Position numbers and translations under genes: made by a program. A stretch of DNA of 64,000 nt from an uncultured Verrucomicrobiae bacterium (lineage in GTDB: Bacteria; Verrucomicrobiota; Verrucomicrobiia; Limisphaerales; Palsa-1400). Positions 42,015 to 54,266 of this stretch are shown here, one piece after another. Below the pieces are notes generated by a model. The model did no database searches. It was given only the letters and a program-made list of their open reading frames with translations, and was not told the origin of the DNA. Positions within the stretch are counted from its first letter, which is position 1, and each line of letters opens with the position of its first letter. The DNA lies in the NCBI GenBank assembly GCA_963707025.1, contig CAVPOM010000004.1, positions 704,001 through 768,000 on the forward strand, in the 5' to 3' direction.

Positions 42015-43971
42015 TTGCGCCAGTGAAGTTGGTTGGAACGCGGGTGAAAGTCCCGCCCGTCGAATTAGGCTGTTCACGACGGAACACGACCTCAACAGCG
42101 CCGCCGCGAGGCGGGGTTGGAAGCTGAGGGAGATGAACAGACGGGCCGTAATGAAAATGAACCACATCCAATGAGCCTCGATAAGTTTAGAACCGGAGAC
42201 AAGCCGAGCCGCTGTTTGACCGGCGAAGGCCGCAGGGAGGAGGCAGGGCAACAGTCAGAGCCTTCTCAACGCTCCGGCGGGGTCGGCGTGGACGGCACGT
42301 CTGGAAGTTCAACCAAGGTAAGCTGGGAGAACTCCGGCGGCGGGCGGCCAGCCCAACCGCCCGCGCAAGCTGGCAAGACCAGTCAGGCGAGCGGCCCTGC
42401 CGGAGAAGTCGGAGTTCCTCATAGTAGCGTGGACTTGTTTGCGCTCCAGGCGGATTTCCGCCGGGAGTTGCGCGAGCGAACGCAAAGGGGGAACACTTGC
42501 TCAATGCGTGGAGGCGAAGCGAAGGATGCGGGGATGGCCGGGGCGACCCGGATAGCAACCCCGGAGAAAGTTCGGCAGCTTCAAATCGCGCTCTATCGGA
42601 AAGCCAAAGCAGAGCCGAAGTATCGGTTCTGGAGCCTGTATGGGGAATTGCTGCGCAAGGACGTGCTCGAAACCGCCTTGGCAGCGCAACAGCGCAACGG
42701 CGGGGCCGCGGGAGTGGACGGACAGAGTATGGAGTCCATCACCGCCGACCCGGCCCTGCGCCAGCAATGGCTCGACCGCCTGCAAGCAGAACTCAAAGCC
42801 AAGACGTATCGGGCCAGCCCGGTGCGGCGGGTGATGATTCCCAAGAGCAGCGGAGGGGAACGGCCGTTGGGCATCCCGACGGTCAAGGACCGGGTGGTGC
42901 AAACGGCGGTGTATCTGGTGCTGATGCCGATCTTGGAGGCGGACTTTCATCCGCGCTCCTACGGCTTTCGGCCCAAACGCCGGGCACACCAAGCCATTGC
43001 GGAAATCCAACAAGCAGTGCAGCAAGGCTACGTGGAAATCATCAACGCGGACCTGACGAAATATTTCGACACGATTCCGCACCGGGAACTGATGAAGGCC
43101 GTGGCCCGGCGGGTCAGCGACGGCAGCGTGCTGCGGCTCCTCAAGAGCTGGCTGCGCGCCCCGGTCGCGGAGGAAGACCAGGACGGCACCAAGCGAGTGA
43201 TCCCCAACCGGCGCGGCACGCCGCAAGGCGGGGTCATCTCGCCGCTGCTGGCCAACCTCTACCTCAACCCGCTGGATCACGGGGTGAACGAGAAAACCTC
43301 CGGCCAAGCCCGCATGGTGCGCTACGCCGATGACTTTGTCATCGCGTGCGCGGCGGGGTGCGGCGGAGGGCTGATAGCGCGGCTCAAGAAATGGCTTCGA
43401 GCCAAAGGGCTGACCCTCAACGAAGTCAAAACCCGAATTGTGAACATTCGCAAGGAAGGGATCAACTTCCTGGGCTTCAACCTGACCTGGCGCAAGTCCT
43501 TTGGAGGGCGCGGCTACCTGCACGTTCAACCCAGCCAGAAAAGCCGGGGGCCCTGCGCGAGAAACTGGGCGGCATCCTCAACCACTGGACGCAGGGGCGT
43601 CCGATACAGGAGGTGGTCAAAGAGGTCAACCAAGTCTTGCGCGGATGGGCGGGCTACTTCCACTACGGCAACAGCGTCTCGGTGATGAACCGGATGAAAC
43701 ACTACAGCCAAAACCGCTTTCGGCGCTGGCTGTGGCGCAAACACGGTTGCCGCCGCAGCCTGTGGGAACACTACGTTCCCGAGCAGTTGCACCAGCGTTA
43801 TGGACTCTATGAACTGCCGACCACGGCGAAGTGGAAGGCGGCCCGATGAATGAGTTCGGAGAGCCGAATATGGGAAATCCGTCCGTTCGGTTCGATGAGG
43901 GGCGAAGTGGCAGCGCGAGACTGACAACTGCGGTCAGTTCAATCCGCCTCCTTCCACTTCGCCTACTCTAC
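42015..43971 (+). mobile_element. Group II intron, full length (5' boundary +/-1 nt)
   Basis: 5' TTGCG; EBS1 stem-loop 42208-42224; domain V GAGCCGAATATGGGAAATCCGTCCGTTCGGTTC at 43861-43893; domain VI ending CCTACTCTAC; internal RT. Confidence 0.92.
42534..43849 (+). CDS. ltrA: Group II intron reverse transcriptase/maturase without endonuclease domain; one G missing in G-run 43546-43550
   Basis: GAAGVDG, RPLGIPTVKDRVVQ, SYGFRP, GTPQGGVISPLLAN, RYADD, FLGF, maturase NQVLRGWAGYF. Confidence 0.93.
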
Positions 43972-44049
43972 CACAAAAAGCAGGCTTGACCGAAAAACTG
44001 ACCCAAAAACCCCACGCGGCCCAGTGCGTCCCAATTGTCTCGAGTTTTT

Positions 44050-44127
44050 TTTCAGGTAATTTCACCTAATTTCACCTAGTTTCACTTGTTTTCAATTAAT
44101 TTCAGTTCCAGAGGGCAGGGGGGGGCC
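44050..44127 (+). repeat. Phased 6 x TTTCA array, copy B
   Basis: TTTCA at 44050, 44060, 44070, 44080, 44090, 44100, then GTTC and G-rich tract ending GGGCC. Confidence 0.9.
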
Positions 44128-44236
44128 GGCGCCGCAAACCGGCTCGCGCCCCCTCATGCGGCCTTTTTGGCGCGTAGCGACGCCGCGACAAATCCACCCT
44201 CCTTCGCCGGGGCCGCGGAGGGCAAACCATCCGAAT

Positions 44237-45165
44237 TCATTTCTCCCCTCCTGCCAGGACCGTTTCAAAATGCGGGGGCTGCTCTTCGCGCGCCACCACG
44301 GTCACTTCGATTTTGCGAAGCCGGCCGCCTCCAGCCAGTTGTGCAAATCGCTTTCCGCAAATCCGAGCCAGCGGTCGCCGTGCAGTTCGCGCGCCTGCTC
44401 AAAGTTATGCTGCAACAGGTCCAGAATCATGATTTGTCCGCGCGGACGCAAAATGGCATGCGCGCCGCGGATGGCCTGGGGCGGACTGGCGGCGTGATGG
44501 AGGGCCTGGCTCAAAATCACCAGGTCCACGCTGGCCGGCTCGATGGGCGGATTTTCCAGATCGCCCAGGCGGAACTCGAGGTTTTTAATTTTATTCTTGC
44601 GGGCTTTGTTGGCGCCAAAGGCCACCATTTTTTCCGAGTTGTCCACCGCAATGACGTGTTTGGCCCGCCGCGCCAGCAATTCGCTGAGCAGTCCTTCGCC
44701 CGAACCCAGATCGGCCACCACCACCGGCGGGAGGATGCGCAGGAGCAATTGCCCGAAAGCCTGCCAGGAGCGGCCCGGCCCGTAGCTGCGATCAAACCGC
44801 CCGGCCACCTGGTTGAAATAAAGCTGGGCCTGCTGAGCCCGCCGTCCCACAATGCGCTTCAAGTTGATCTGGTCGGTGGCATAATCGGCCAGTTCCGCCG
44901 CGCCGCGCACGGCCAACTGGATGAATTCCCGCGCCGTGCCTTCCGCCTGCCCCGCGATTTTGTAAAAAGTCCGTTTGCCCTCCCGCCGGGATTCCAGCAG
45001 GCCGGATTCCTGCAACAATCCCAGGTGCGTGGAGATGCGGGACTGGCCCAGGCGGGTGATTTCCTGCAACTCGTTGACCGACAGCTCGTTGCGTTCCAAG
45101 AGCGCCATGATGCGCAGCCGCGTCGGGTCCGACAACGCCCGCAATGATTTTAAAATGGCTGACAT
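44237..45165 (-). CDS. sahR: ArsR HTH + SAM-binding methyltransferase-fold regulator (SahR-like); one base missing near 44317
   Basis: ALSDPTRLRI...QSRISTHL; VADLGSGEG; corrected end FRKIEVTVVARE...LAGGEK; divergent from metK-ahcY. Confidence 0.8.
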
Positions 45166-45205
45166 GAAAATAAAGGTTGACTCATTGGCAAAAAGATATA
45201 TCTTC

Positions 45206-45225
45206 GTATCAAGATATGTCAATAT
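45206..45225. promoter_or_regulatory. Candidate SahR operator (imperfect 20-bp palindrome)
   Basis: GTATCAAGATATGTCAATAT in the 84-bp divergent region; adjacent perfect palindrome AAGATATATCTT. Confidence 0.6.
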
Positions 45226-45249
45226 GTATGTTTTTAAATCATTCAGCGC

Positions 45250-46428
45250 ATGAATAAATCCTTTATCTTCTCTTCCGAATCGGTGGGCGAAGGCCACCCC
45301 GACAAAGTGTGCGACACCATTTCCGACGCGGTGCTGGACGCCTACATGGCCCAGGACACGCGCTGCCGGGTGGCGTGCGAGACGTACGCCAAAAGCAACA
45401 TGGTGGTGGTGGGCGGGGAAATCACCAGCTCGGGCCTGGTCCACATCAACGAATTGGTGCGCGAGACCATCCGCGGCATCGGCTACGTGCATGAGGACGA
45501 TGTTTTTCACGCCGACAAGGTGTTCATCACCAATCTGGTCACCCGGCAAAGCCCGGACATCGCCCAGGGGGTGGACGCGCGCGCGGCGGAGGGCAAGGAC
45601 ACGGCGGAGCAGGGGGCGGGGGACCAGGGATTGATGTTCGGCTACGCCTGCGATGAGACGCCGGAATTGATGCCGGCGCCAATCATGTTCGCCCACCGGC
45701 TGGGCCGGGAGCTGACCCGGGTGCGCAAGAGCGGCCAGGTGGCCTGGCTGCGCCCGGACTCCAAGACGCAGGTTTCCGTCCAGTATGAGGAAGGCCGGCC
45801 GGTGCGGGTGGTCACGGTGGTCGTCTCCACCCAGCACGCCCCCGACGTCAAGCACAAGGAAATCAAGAATTTCGTCATCCAGGAAATCGTGCGCAAAGTC
45901 CTGCCGGCGGAGATGCTGGACAAGAACACCCGCTACCTGATCAACCCGACCGGGCGGTTTGTCGTCGGCGGGCCGCAGGGGGACACGGGATTGACCGGGC
46001 GGAAGATTATAGTTGACACATACGGCGGCATGGGCCGGCACGGGGGCGGGGCCTTCAGCGGCAAGGACCCCTCCAAGGTGGACCGGAGCGCGGCCTACAT
46101 GGGCCGTTACGTGGCCAAGAACATTGTGGCGGCGGGCCTGGCCACGCGCGCGGAAATTCAATTCGCCTACGCCATCGGCTATCCCGACCCGGTTTCCATT
46201 TGTGTGGATACTCTGGGCACCGGCACGGTCAGCGACCAAAGAATCGAGGAGGCGGTCAAAACGGTTTTCAACTTCAAGCCGGCCGCCATCATCAAGCAAC
46301 TCAACCTCCTGCGCCCCATCTACTCCAAAACGACCAACTACGGCCATTTCGGCAAAATAGACGATCTGGAGAGCATTACCTGGGAAAAGACCGACAAGGC
46401 CGCCGCCCTGAAACGAGCTGTCAAGTAA
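45250..46428 (+). CDS. metK: S-adenosylmethionine synthetase
   Basis: [26 protein letters not shown]. Confidence 0.98.
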   Translation: MNKSFIFSSESVGEGHPDKVCDTISDAVLDAYMAQDTRCRVACETYAKSNMVVVGGEITSSGLVHINELVRETIRGIGYVHEDDVFHADKVFITNLVTRQSPDIAQGVDARAAEGKDTAEQGAGDQGLMFGYACDETPELMPAPIMFAHRLGRELTRVRKSGQVAWLRPDSKTQVSVQYEEGRPVRVVTVVVSTQHAPDVKHKEIKNFVIQEIVRKVLPAEMLDKNTRYLINPTGRFVVGGPQGDTGLTGRKIIVDTYGGMGRHGGGAFSGKDPSKVDRSAAYMGRYVAKNIVAAGLATRAEIQFAYAIGYPDPVSICVDTLGTGTVSDQRIEEAVKTVFNFKPAAIIKQLNLLRPIYSKTTNYGHFGKIDDLESITWEKTDKAAALKRAVK

Positions 46429-46458
46429 AACAATCTCCACAACCGACCCAACCCGCTT

Positions 46459-47937
<1,479 letters not shown>

Positions 47938-48053
47938 TCCAGTCATTCCTAATCTTAATCCCAATCCTCCCCTCGGAGCAGGGCCAAGCAGGATCGCTCC
48001 TGAGCGGGAAAGTTTGGCCGCCCGCCCCCTTCCGGCTCAAAACAGAGACGCTC

Positions 48054-49107
48054 CTAAGATGAGGGCTGCTTTTTGTCCATGAATTCGGGGTAAAGGTTCT
48101 GGGCGCAACTGGGGCAGATGGAGTGGGAGAATTCCGCCTCGGAATGCCCGGAAATATAAGTTTCCAGCGCCTGCCAGTGTCCCTTTTCGTCGCGGATCCT
48201 TTTGCAGGAGGCGCAGATGGGCAGCAGGCCGCGCAAGGACCGCACCTGGGCCAGGGTTTCGTTGAGTTCCTGGATCATTTTCTTGCGTTCTTCTTCCGCC
48301 TGTTTGCGTTCGGTAATGTCCACCGCCAGAATGGCCACGCCGATGACCTGGCCGTTCTCATCCTTGACCGCGGAGATGGCGGAGGAAACATCCACGGGCG
48401 TTCCATCCCGGCGCAGCCGGACCGTGGTGCCAAACTCAGCCAAGGGCGCTCCTTGGCGCACGCCGTCCAATATCTGCCGCGTCTCCTGGTGCAAGGCCCG
48501 GCGGCACGACCAATTCTATCGTCTTGCCGAGGGCCTCTTCCGCCGCATACCCGTAAAGCCTTTCCGCGCTGGCGTTCCAACTGGTGATGATCCCCGCCTG
48601 GTCGGTGCCGATGACGGCTTCGCCCAGGGAGTCCACGATGGCCGCCAGCCAGGCCGCTTTGCGCAGGGTGCGGGCGCGCTCGCGCCGGGCCTGGGCCTGG
48701 CCAATTTCACGCTCGATGGCAGGGACCAGACGGGTGAGTTTACCCTTCATGATGTAGTCGTGCGCGCCCGCCTTCATGGCCTCCACCGCCAAATCTTCCC
48801 CAGCCGCTCCAGACACGACAATGAAGGCGAGATCCAATTTGTGCTCCCGCATCATTTCCAGGGCCGGAGCGACGCCGAAACCGGGCACCCAATAGTCGCA
48901 CAGCACCACGTCCCAGGTTTCCTGTTGGAGCGCCTCCTTCATGGCGGCGGCATCCTGCACCCGGCGGGATTGAAGCTGGTACCTTTGCTCCAAATGACGG
49001 ACGAGGAGGGCGGCGTCCAATTCCGAGTCTTCCACCAGCAAAGCGCGGAGGGCTTTTTTCACCGGTGGGGCCGGTTCCTTTGACTGGCTGGATATGGGCT
49101 CATTCAT
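48054..49107 (-). CDS. Response regulator receiver + PAS + C-terminal Cys-rich domain; extra base near 48494
   Basis: LLVEDS...LCDY...AMKAGAHDYIMK; PAS ITSWNASAERLYGY; LLPICASCKRIRD...SHSICPSC. Confidence 0.85.
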
Positions 49108-49287
49108 GACCAATTGGCTTGGGCCTTTTCCATAACTAAGCATCATTTATGCCATTTGCCCGTCTGTTCCTCTATCAAAACCTTTCCCGGCGATGCTTGT
49201 CAACAGTGAAATCTGGAAGAACTTCTCCCTGAAATTTCCCGGTCGCCGCCCTTGCGCCGCGCCTGTCTTTTCCTTACTTTTGGCGGC

Positions 49288-49926
49288 TTGAAAAAGATCG
49301 TTCGCCCTGAAATTTCCAGGAAGGCCATTTACCGGCTGTCCGTTTATTTGCGCTGCCTGCAGCGGCTCAAGGCCAATGGCCTTCGCACCGTCTCCAGCGA
49401 AGCCCTGGCCAGGGTGGCGGGCGTCAAACCCACCCAACTTCGCAAGGACCTGGCCTGCTTTGGGCAATTCGGCACTCGTGGTTTGGGCTACGACGTCGCG
49501 CAATTGGCCGGGATGACTTCCGACCTTCTGGGCACCAACAGCTTGCAGCCGGTCATTTTGGTCGGCGTGGGGAACCTGGGGCGGGCGCTGCTTTCCTATC
49601 GCGGATTTGAACCGGAGGGATTTGAAATCGTGGCGGCCTTTGACACGGCTCCAGATCCCCAGCGAGTCCGGAGCAAGCATCTTGCCGCGCCGGTTTATGG
49701 CATGGAGAAATTGGGGGAGATCATCGCCCGCCGCATGGTGAAGATGGCGATCGTGACCGTCCCAGTGGCCGCCGCCCAGGAAGTCGCCAATGCTTTGGTT
49801 CAATTTGGCATCACCGGGATTCTTAATTTTGCCCCGCTGGTCTTGCGCGTTCCGCCGGAGGTCAAGGTCAACAACGTCAACCTGGCCATCGAACTGGAGA
49901 ACTTAAGCTATTTTGTGCAGCGTTGA
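49288..49926 (+). CDS. rex: Redox-sensing transcriptional repressor Rex (TTG start approximate)
   Basis: RLSVYLR, QLRKDL...FGQFGTRGLGY, GVGNLG, GILNFAP. Confidence 0.95.
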   Translation: MKKIVRPEISRKAIYRLSVYLRCLQRLKANGLRTVSSEALARVAGVKPTQLRKDLACFGQFGTRGLGYDVAQLAGMTSDLLGTNSLQPVILVGVGNLGRALLSYRGFEPEGFEIVAAFDTAPDPQRVRSKHLAAPVYGMEKLGEIIARRMVKMAIVTVPVAAAQEVANALVQFGITGILNFAPLVLRVPPEVKVNNVNLAIELENLSYFVQR

Positions 49927-49984
49927 ACCAAAGCAAGACATGTGGCAGTTTTGGACAGTGAGAATTGACCCAACCGCCCGCCCT

Positions 49985-50932
49985 TCATTTCTTCTTCAAC
50001 CGGACTTCAAAGAGCTTGGGCCAGTTCTTCCCGGTGACGAACAGACGATCCCCCGCCGGGTCGTAGGCAATGCCGTTGAGCACATCCGTCCCAGTCCGGT
50101 CCGCCTCCGGCAGCAAAAAGCTGAAGTCAATCATGCCCACCACCCTCCCCGAGGCGGGATCAATGCGCGCGACCGAATCGGTCTTCCAGACATTGGCGTA
50201 GATTTCGCCTTTGACGTATTCCAATTCGTTCAGGGCCTCCAGCGGCCTGTCCCCCTCGATCACACGGATCGTATGATCCACCGCAAAGGTCGCCGGATTG
50301 AGAAAGCGAAGCGTGGCGCTGCCATCGCTCAGAATCAACCTTTTGCCATCGGTGGTCAGACCCCACCCTTCACCTGTGTAGGAGAACTCCCCGACCTTGT
50401 GAAATGTTTGGGGATTACCCGTGAAGTCATAGACGAAGGCCTTGTTCTCCTTCCACGTCAGTTGATAAAGTTTGCCGTCAAACAGCGCCAGGCCCTCGGC
50501 AAAATACTGGCCGGGCACCGGCCATTTCCGCAGCACGTTGCCCGTGGCCAAATCCACCTCCCGCAGGCTGGATTGGTTATACTGGCCGGTGCTTTCCAGC
50601 AACTTGCCATCGTGGAACAGCAATCCCTGGGTAAAGGCCCGCGGATCATGCGGAAACGTATTCACCACCTGGTAACCGTAATAAGCCAGCTCCGCCGGCG
50701 CGGCGTTGGCCGCAGCGGGCGCGGTCAGGGCGGCGACGGGTGATGGGAGTGCTGGAGTGTTGGAGTTTTGGCTGGCAGGAGCGGCCGTTGGCGGGGCGGC
50801 GACGCTGTTGGCGGATTGTCCATCCGCTCCGGAAACCGCAAGGCCCAGGCAGCAGGCTCCCAGAAGCAGGACCGGCCACGCGCGCCAAGCGAGGGCGGCC
50901 GGCCGCCATTGGATTTGTCGCTCAATTCGCAT
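49985..50932 (-). CDS. Glutaminyl-peptide cyclotransferase (plant/bacterial type), exported
   Basis: PHDPRAFTQGL, ESTG, FAEG, YQLTW, EGWG, SDGS, LNELE, VLNGIA, VTGKNW. Confidence 0.93.
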   Translation of the reverse strand: MRIERQIQWRPAALAWRAWPVLLLGACCLGLAVSGADGQSANSVAAPPTAAPASQNSNTPALPSPVAALTAPAAANAAPAELAYYGYQVVNTFPHDPRAFTQGLLFHDGKLLESTGQYNQSSLREVDLATGNVLRKWPVPGQYFAEGLALFDGKLYQLTWKENKAFVYDFTGNPQTFHKVGEFSYTGEGWGLTTDGKRLILSDGSATLRFLNPATFAVDHTIRVIEGDRPLEALNELEYVKGEIYANVWKTDSVARIDPASGRVVGMIDFSFLLPEADRTGTDVLNGIAYDPAGDRLFVTGKNWPKLFEVRLKKK

Positions 50933-51267
50933 CTGGTAAAAACGATTCAACGCGGACAGGGTAGGGCCTGTTGGCAAAACCTCAAGTCAAGGGTTGCGGT
51001 CAAAAAAATGCCAGCGGGCAAATGCAAAATGAAAAATCCGGGGCGGTTTTGGTCCGCGAAATACGAAAACCCGCCTGGAGTGGAGGGGCTGTGGTCTGAC
51101 GCCAAGACGCCAGGACCCAAAAGCGGCCACACGCTTCCGGAGGGTTGATTTTGCTTGCGCGTTTTTCCTCCACCGTTGTATAGAACCGCTGAGATTCACC
51201 CGTCTGTCGTCGGTTGATGACGGGTCAAAGATGTTCCCATTCCAGCAATGGGTTCCTGAGATGTCTT

Positions 51268-52617
51268 ATGAATAAAGCGCTGTCTGCTCTGGCTGCGGCC
51301 GCGGGTGCCCTGGTGCTTCTCGCTACGGGCTGCACTTCCAACCAGCCCTTTCGCACCAATTTCACTCCAGGTAATCCCGCCCAGTCCTCGGCCAATTGCA
51401 CCAATCCGGTCATCGAAGTCACTCCGGACTACAAGCTGGGGTTCGTGGAATTCGACGACCAGGGCTGGTTCTGGGATACCAATCAGGCCAGAGCCGTGGA
51501 ACAAATGATCCGGAGCGAGGCGGCCATCGGTCAGACCAATAATGCCCAAGGCATCGTCATCGTCGTCTTCGCACATGGTTGGAAGAACAACGCGGCGACC
51601 AACAACGACAACGTGGAGATGTTCCGCACGAACCTGCAGCAACTGGCCACGGCCGAAAGGATGCAAACCAACCACGCCCCGCGGAAGGTGGTGGGAGTGT
51701 ATGCCGGCTGGCGCGGTTTGTCCGCGACGCTGGAACCTTTCAAGGAACTGAGTTTTTGGGAGCGCAAGAGCACGGCCCACAAAGTCGGGGGTTATGGCGC
51801 GATGACAGAATTGCTGGTGGATTTGGAACGCTTGCAGCAGGCCGGCAACGATTCGCTCGCGGCAAACGCGCCCCGGACGGAATTGATTATCGTGGGCCAC
51901 AGCTTTGGCGCCGCGGCGGTTTATTCGGCCATCTCGGAAATGGTGACGGAGCGATTCGTGGACACAGTCAAATACGGGGTGCCGCTCAAACCGCTGGGCG
52001 ACCAGGTCATTCTGCTCAATCCAGCTTTCGAGGCCTCGCGCCATTACAACTTGAATCAAATGGCGCTGGCCATCGGCCAGTACCCAACCAATCAAAGGCC
52101 AGTGCTGTCCATTTTCACCTCCAAGGGGGATTGGGCCACGCATTATTTCTTCCCCATGGGACGGTTTTTCTCGACCCTGTTCGAGAGCAATCGCGACCCG
52201 GACCAGAAGAAGGCGAATCGGGATGCGGTGGGCTGGTTTCAACCGTTCGTGACGCATGACCTGATTTACAAGACCAACGCCGGGGCCTTGGCTGGCGGAA
52301 ACGGCACGTTCAATGCCGCGACGGGAAAAAGTGAACTTCACCACCCGGACCAATTGCAGAGAACGATCAACAACGTCCACTCGCAACGCGAGAAATGGCA
52401 TCCCAATAATTCCGCCGCGGCAACCTATTACTTTGACGAAAGCATTCTGAAACCGAGGGGAAATTACCGCCCTGGCGATCCGTTTCTGATTGTATCGGTG
52501 GATAAGAAGATTATGAAAGACCACGATGACATCGCCAACCCGAGGATCATCAATTTCCTCGTGGAATACATCCTGTTTTGCCAGACCGACCCGCAAGAAC
52601 ATTCCAAGCAACCATAA
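51268..52617 (+). CDS. Alpha/beta-hydrolase lipoprotein (putative esterase)
   Basis: Lipobox LATGC; FVEFDDQG, FAHGWKNNA, GHSFG. Confidence 0.8.
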   Translation: MNKALSALAAAAGALVLLATGCTSNQPFRTNFTPGNPAQSSANCTNPVIEVTPDYKLGFVEFDDQGWFWDTNQARAVEQMIRSEAAIGQTNNAQGIVIVVFAHGWKNNAATNNDNVEMFRTNLQQLATAERMQTNHAPRKVVGVYAGWRGLSATLEPFKELSFWERKSTAHKVGGYGAMTELLVDLERLQQAGNDSLAANAPRTELIIVGHSFGAAAVYSAISEMVTERFVDTVKYGVPLKPLGDQVILLNPAFEASRHYNLNQMALAIGQYPTNQRPVLSIFTSKGDWATHYFFPMGRFFSTLFESNRDPDQKKANRDAVGWFQPFVTHDLIYKTNAGALAGGNGTFNAATGKSELHHPDQLQRTINNVHSQREKWHPNNSAAATYYFDESILKPRGNYRPGDPFLIVSVDKKIMKDHDDIANPRIINFLVEYILFCQTDPQEHSKQP

Positions 52618-52908
52618 TTGGCAATCAGGACAGAATTGTAATGCGCCGCTGATGGGCGGGCTGGGAAAGTTGGGCGGGTGCCGATGCGCAGGCGCATCTC
52701 AATTCTCGACGGCGGGTGAGGCGGGCCGCGAGGCGCGGCCGGCAGCAGGCGGGGCGCGATTTGCGCGGAAGCATGGGAATCAAGGCGAAGAGTTCGCGCT
52801 CATTGGTGAAACGGGCGGAGGTTGCCGTCGTTTTTGAAGTTTGAACTTGCGCCGCCATCTCCAATCATTAAGATTTATGGCTTAGAATCGCGCACTGCGC
52901 GCGCATTT

Positions 52909-54252
52909 ATGGAACAACTGAATTTCGGCTTAATCGGCGGCGGGACGGTGGGCAGTGGTGTTTGGCACCATTGGCACCGGAACGGGGCGCTGTTGGAATC
53001 GCGGCTCGGCCTCCAGGCGCGTCTGCGCAAAGTGGCGGTCAAGGCGCTGGATGAGCCGCGCCCTTACCCCATCCCAGCCTCGCTCATGACCACCGATTGG
53101 CGCCGCGTGGTGCAGGACCCGCGGATTCACGCCGTCATTGAGCTGGTCGGCGGAACAACGGTGGCCAGGACGATGATTTTGACGGCGCTCCGCCTGGGCA
53201 AGCCGGTGATCACCGCCAACAAGGCGCTGCTTTCGGCCCACGGCGAGGAACTGTTCGCGGCGGCGCGGCAATACGGGGCCAATCTGTATTACGAAGCCAG
53301 TGTGGGCGGAGGGATTCCGATTATCAAAGCCTTGCGCGAAGGGTTTGTGGGAAATCGCATTTCCCATATTTACGGAATTGTCAACGGCACCTGCAATTAC
53401 ATTCTCACCCGCATGAAATTGCAGCATTCCGATTTCGCGCCCACCCTGGCGGAGGCGCAAACAATGGGGTATGCCGAAGCTGATCCGGCGACGGATGTGG
53501 ACGGTTTGGATTCCATGCACAAGACGGGCATCCTGGCCTCGCTGGCGCACGGTTTTTGGGTTGAGCCGGCGGGCATTTCTGTCGAGGGCATTCGCGCCAT
53601 CACCAGGACGGACATCGAATTCGCCGAAAAACTCGGCTACACCATCAAATTGCTCGGCGTGGTCAAGGTGGTTTCGGGCGCGGCGGCTTCGGGCCGGGGC
53701 GCCGGCAAAGGCAGGGGCGGCCACTTCATTCAGGTTTCGGTTTATCCCTGCCTGGTTCCCAACAGCCACGTCCTGGCCGGCGTCAACGATGTTTTTAACG
53801 CGGTTTTTGTGCGGGGCGACGTGGTGGGCGACACCCTTTTTTACGGGCGCGGAGCGGGCAAGGACGCCACGGCCAGCGCGGTGCTGAGCGACATTGCCGA
53901 TGCGGCGCTGGATTTGAAGCACGGCACCAAGAACCGTATTCCGGCCTTTGTCCCGCACGATCATGGAGGCCATCTGCTGCCCGCGGCGCTGGCGGTCTCG
54001 CGCTATTATGTGCGGGCGAGCGTGGCGGACAAGCCGGGCACCCTGGCCAAAATTGCGGCGATTCTGGCCCAAGGCAAAATTGGCATCGCTTCGGTCATAC
54101 AGCCCGAAGGCCATGAAGGCGGGGTCGTGCCGCTCATTCTGATGACCCATGCCGCGCCCTTCGCCGCCATGAAAAAGGCCTTGCAGAAAATCGCCCGCAC
54201 CCCCGTGGTGAAGACGCCGCCGATCATGTTGCGCGTGGAGGGATTTGAGTAA
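52909..54252 (+). CDS. hom: Homoserine dehydrogenase with ACT domain
   Basis: GGGTVG, TANKAL, EASVGGGIP, GIVNGTCNYIL, GYAEADP. Confidence 0.96.
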   Translation: MEQLNFGLIGGGTVGSGVWHHWHRNGALLESRLGLQARLRKVAVKALDEPRPYPIPASLMTTDWRRVVQDPRIHAVIELVGGTTVARTMILTALRLGKPVITANKALLSAHGEELFAAARQYGANLYYEASVGGGIPIIKALREGFVGNRISHIYGIVNGTCNYILTRMKLQHSDFAPTLAEAQTMGYAEADPATDVDGLDSMHKTGILASLAHGFWVEPAGISVEGIRAITRTDIEFAEKLGYTIKLLGVVKVVSGAAASGRGAGKGRGGHFIQVSVYPCLVPNSHVLAGVNDVFNAVFVRGDVVGDTLFYGRGAGKDATASAVLSDIADAALDLKHGTKNRIPAFVPHDHGGHLLPAALAVSRYYVRASVADKPGTLAKIAAILAQGKIGIASVIQPEGHEGGVVPLILMTHAAPFAAMKKALQKIARTPVVKTPPIMLRVEGFE

Positions 54253-54266
54253 GGATCCCGGCCAGC

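Noticed and set aside
43541..43552. Programmed ribosomal frameshift in the intron RT (or in the other split genes)
   Set aside because: No canonical slippery heptamer; the same indel pattern occurs in housekeeping genes, so read error is more parsimonious
42534..43849. RT as a DGR, retron or defence RT
   Set aside because: It has a maturase domain and sits within canonical domain V/VI intron RNA; no TR/VR pair or msr-msd seen
45166..45249. SAM or SAH riboswitch upstream of metK
   Set aside because: Only 84 AT-rich bp with no recognisable aptamer; a repressor operator fits better
45166..46440. 712-aa ORF 44302-46440 as one long protein
   Set aside because: The N-terminal 425 codons are the antisense shadow of metK; the ArsR domain starts at ATG 45165
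49110..49287. Rex operator upstream of rex
   Set aside because: No convincing TTGTGAA-N4-TTCACAA match
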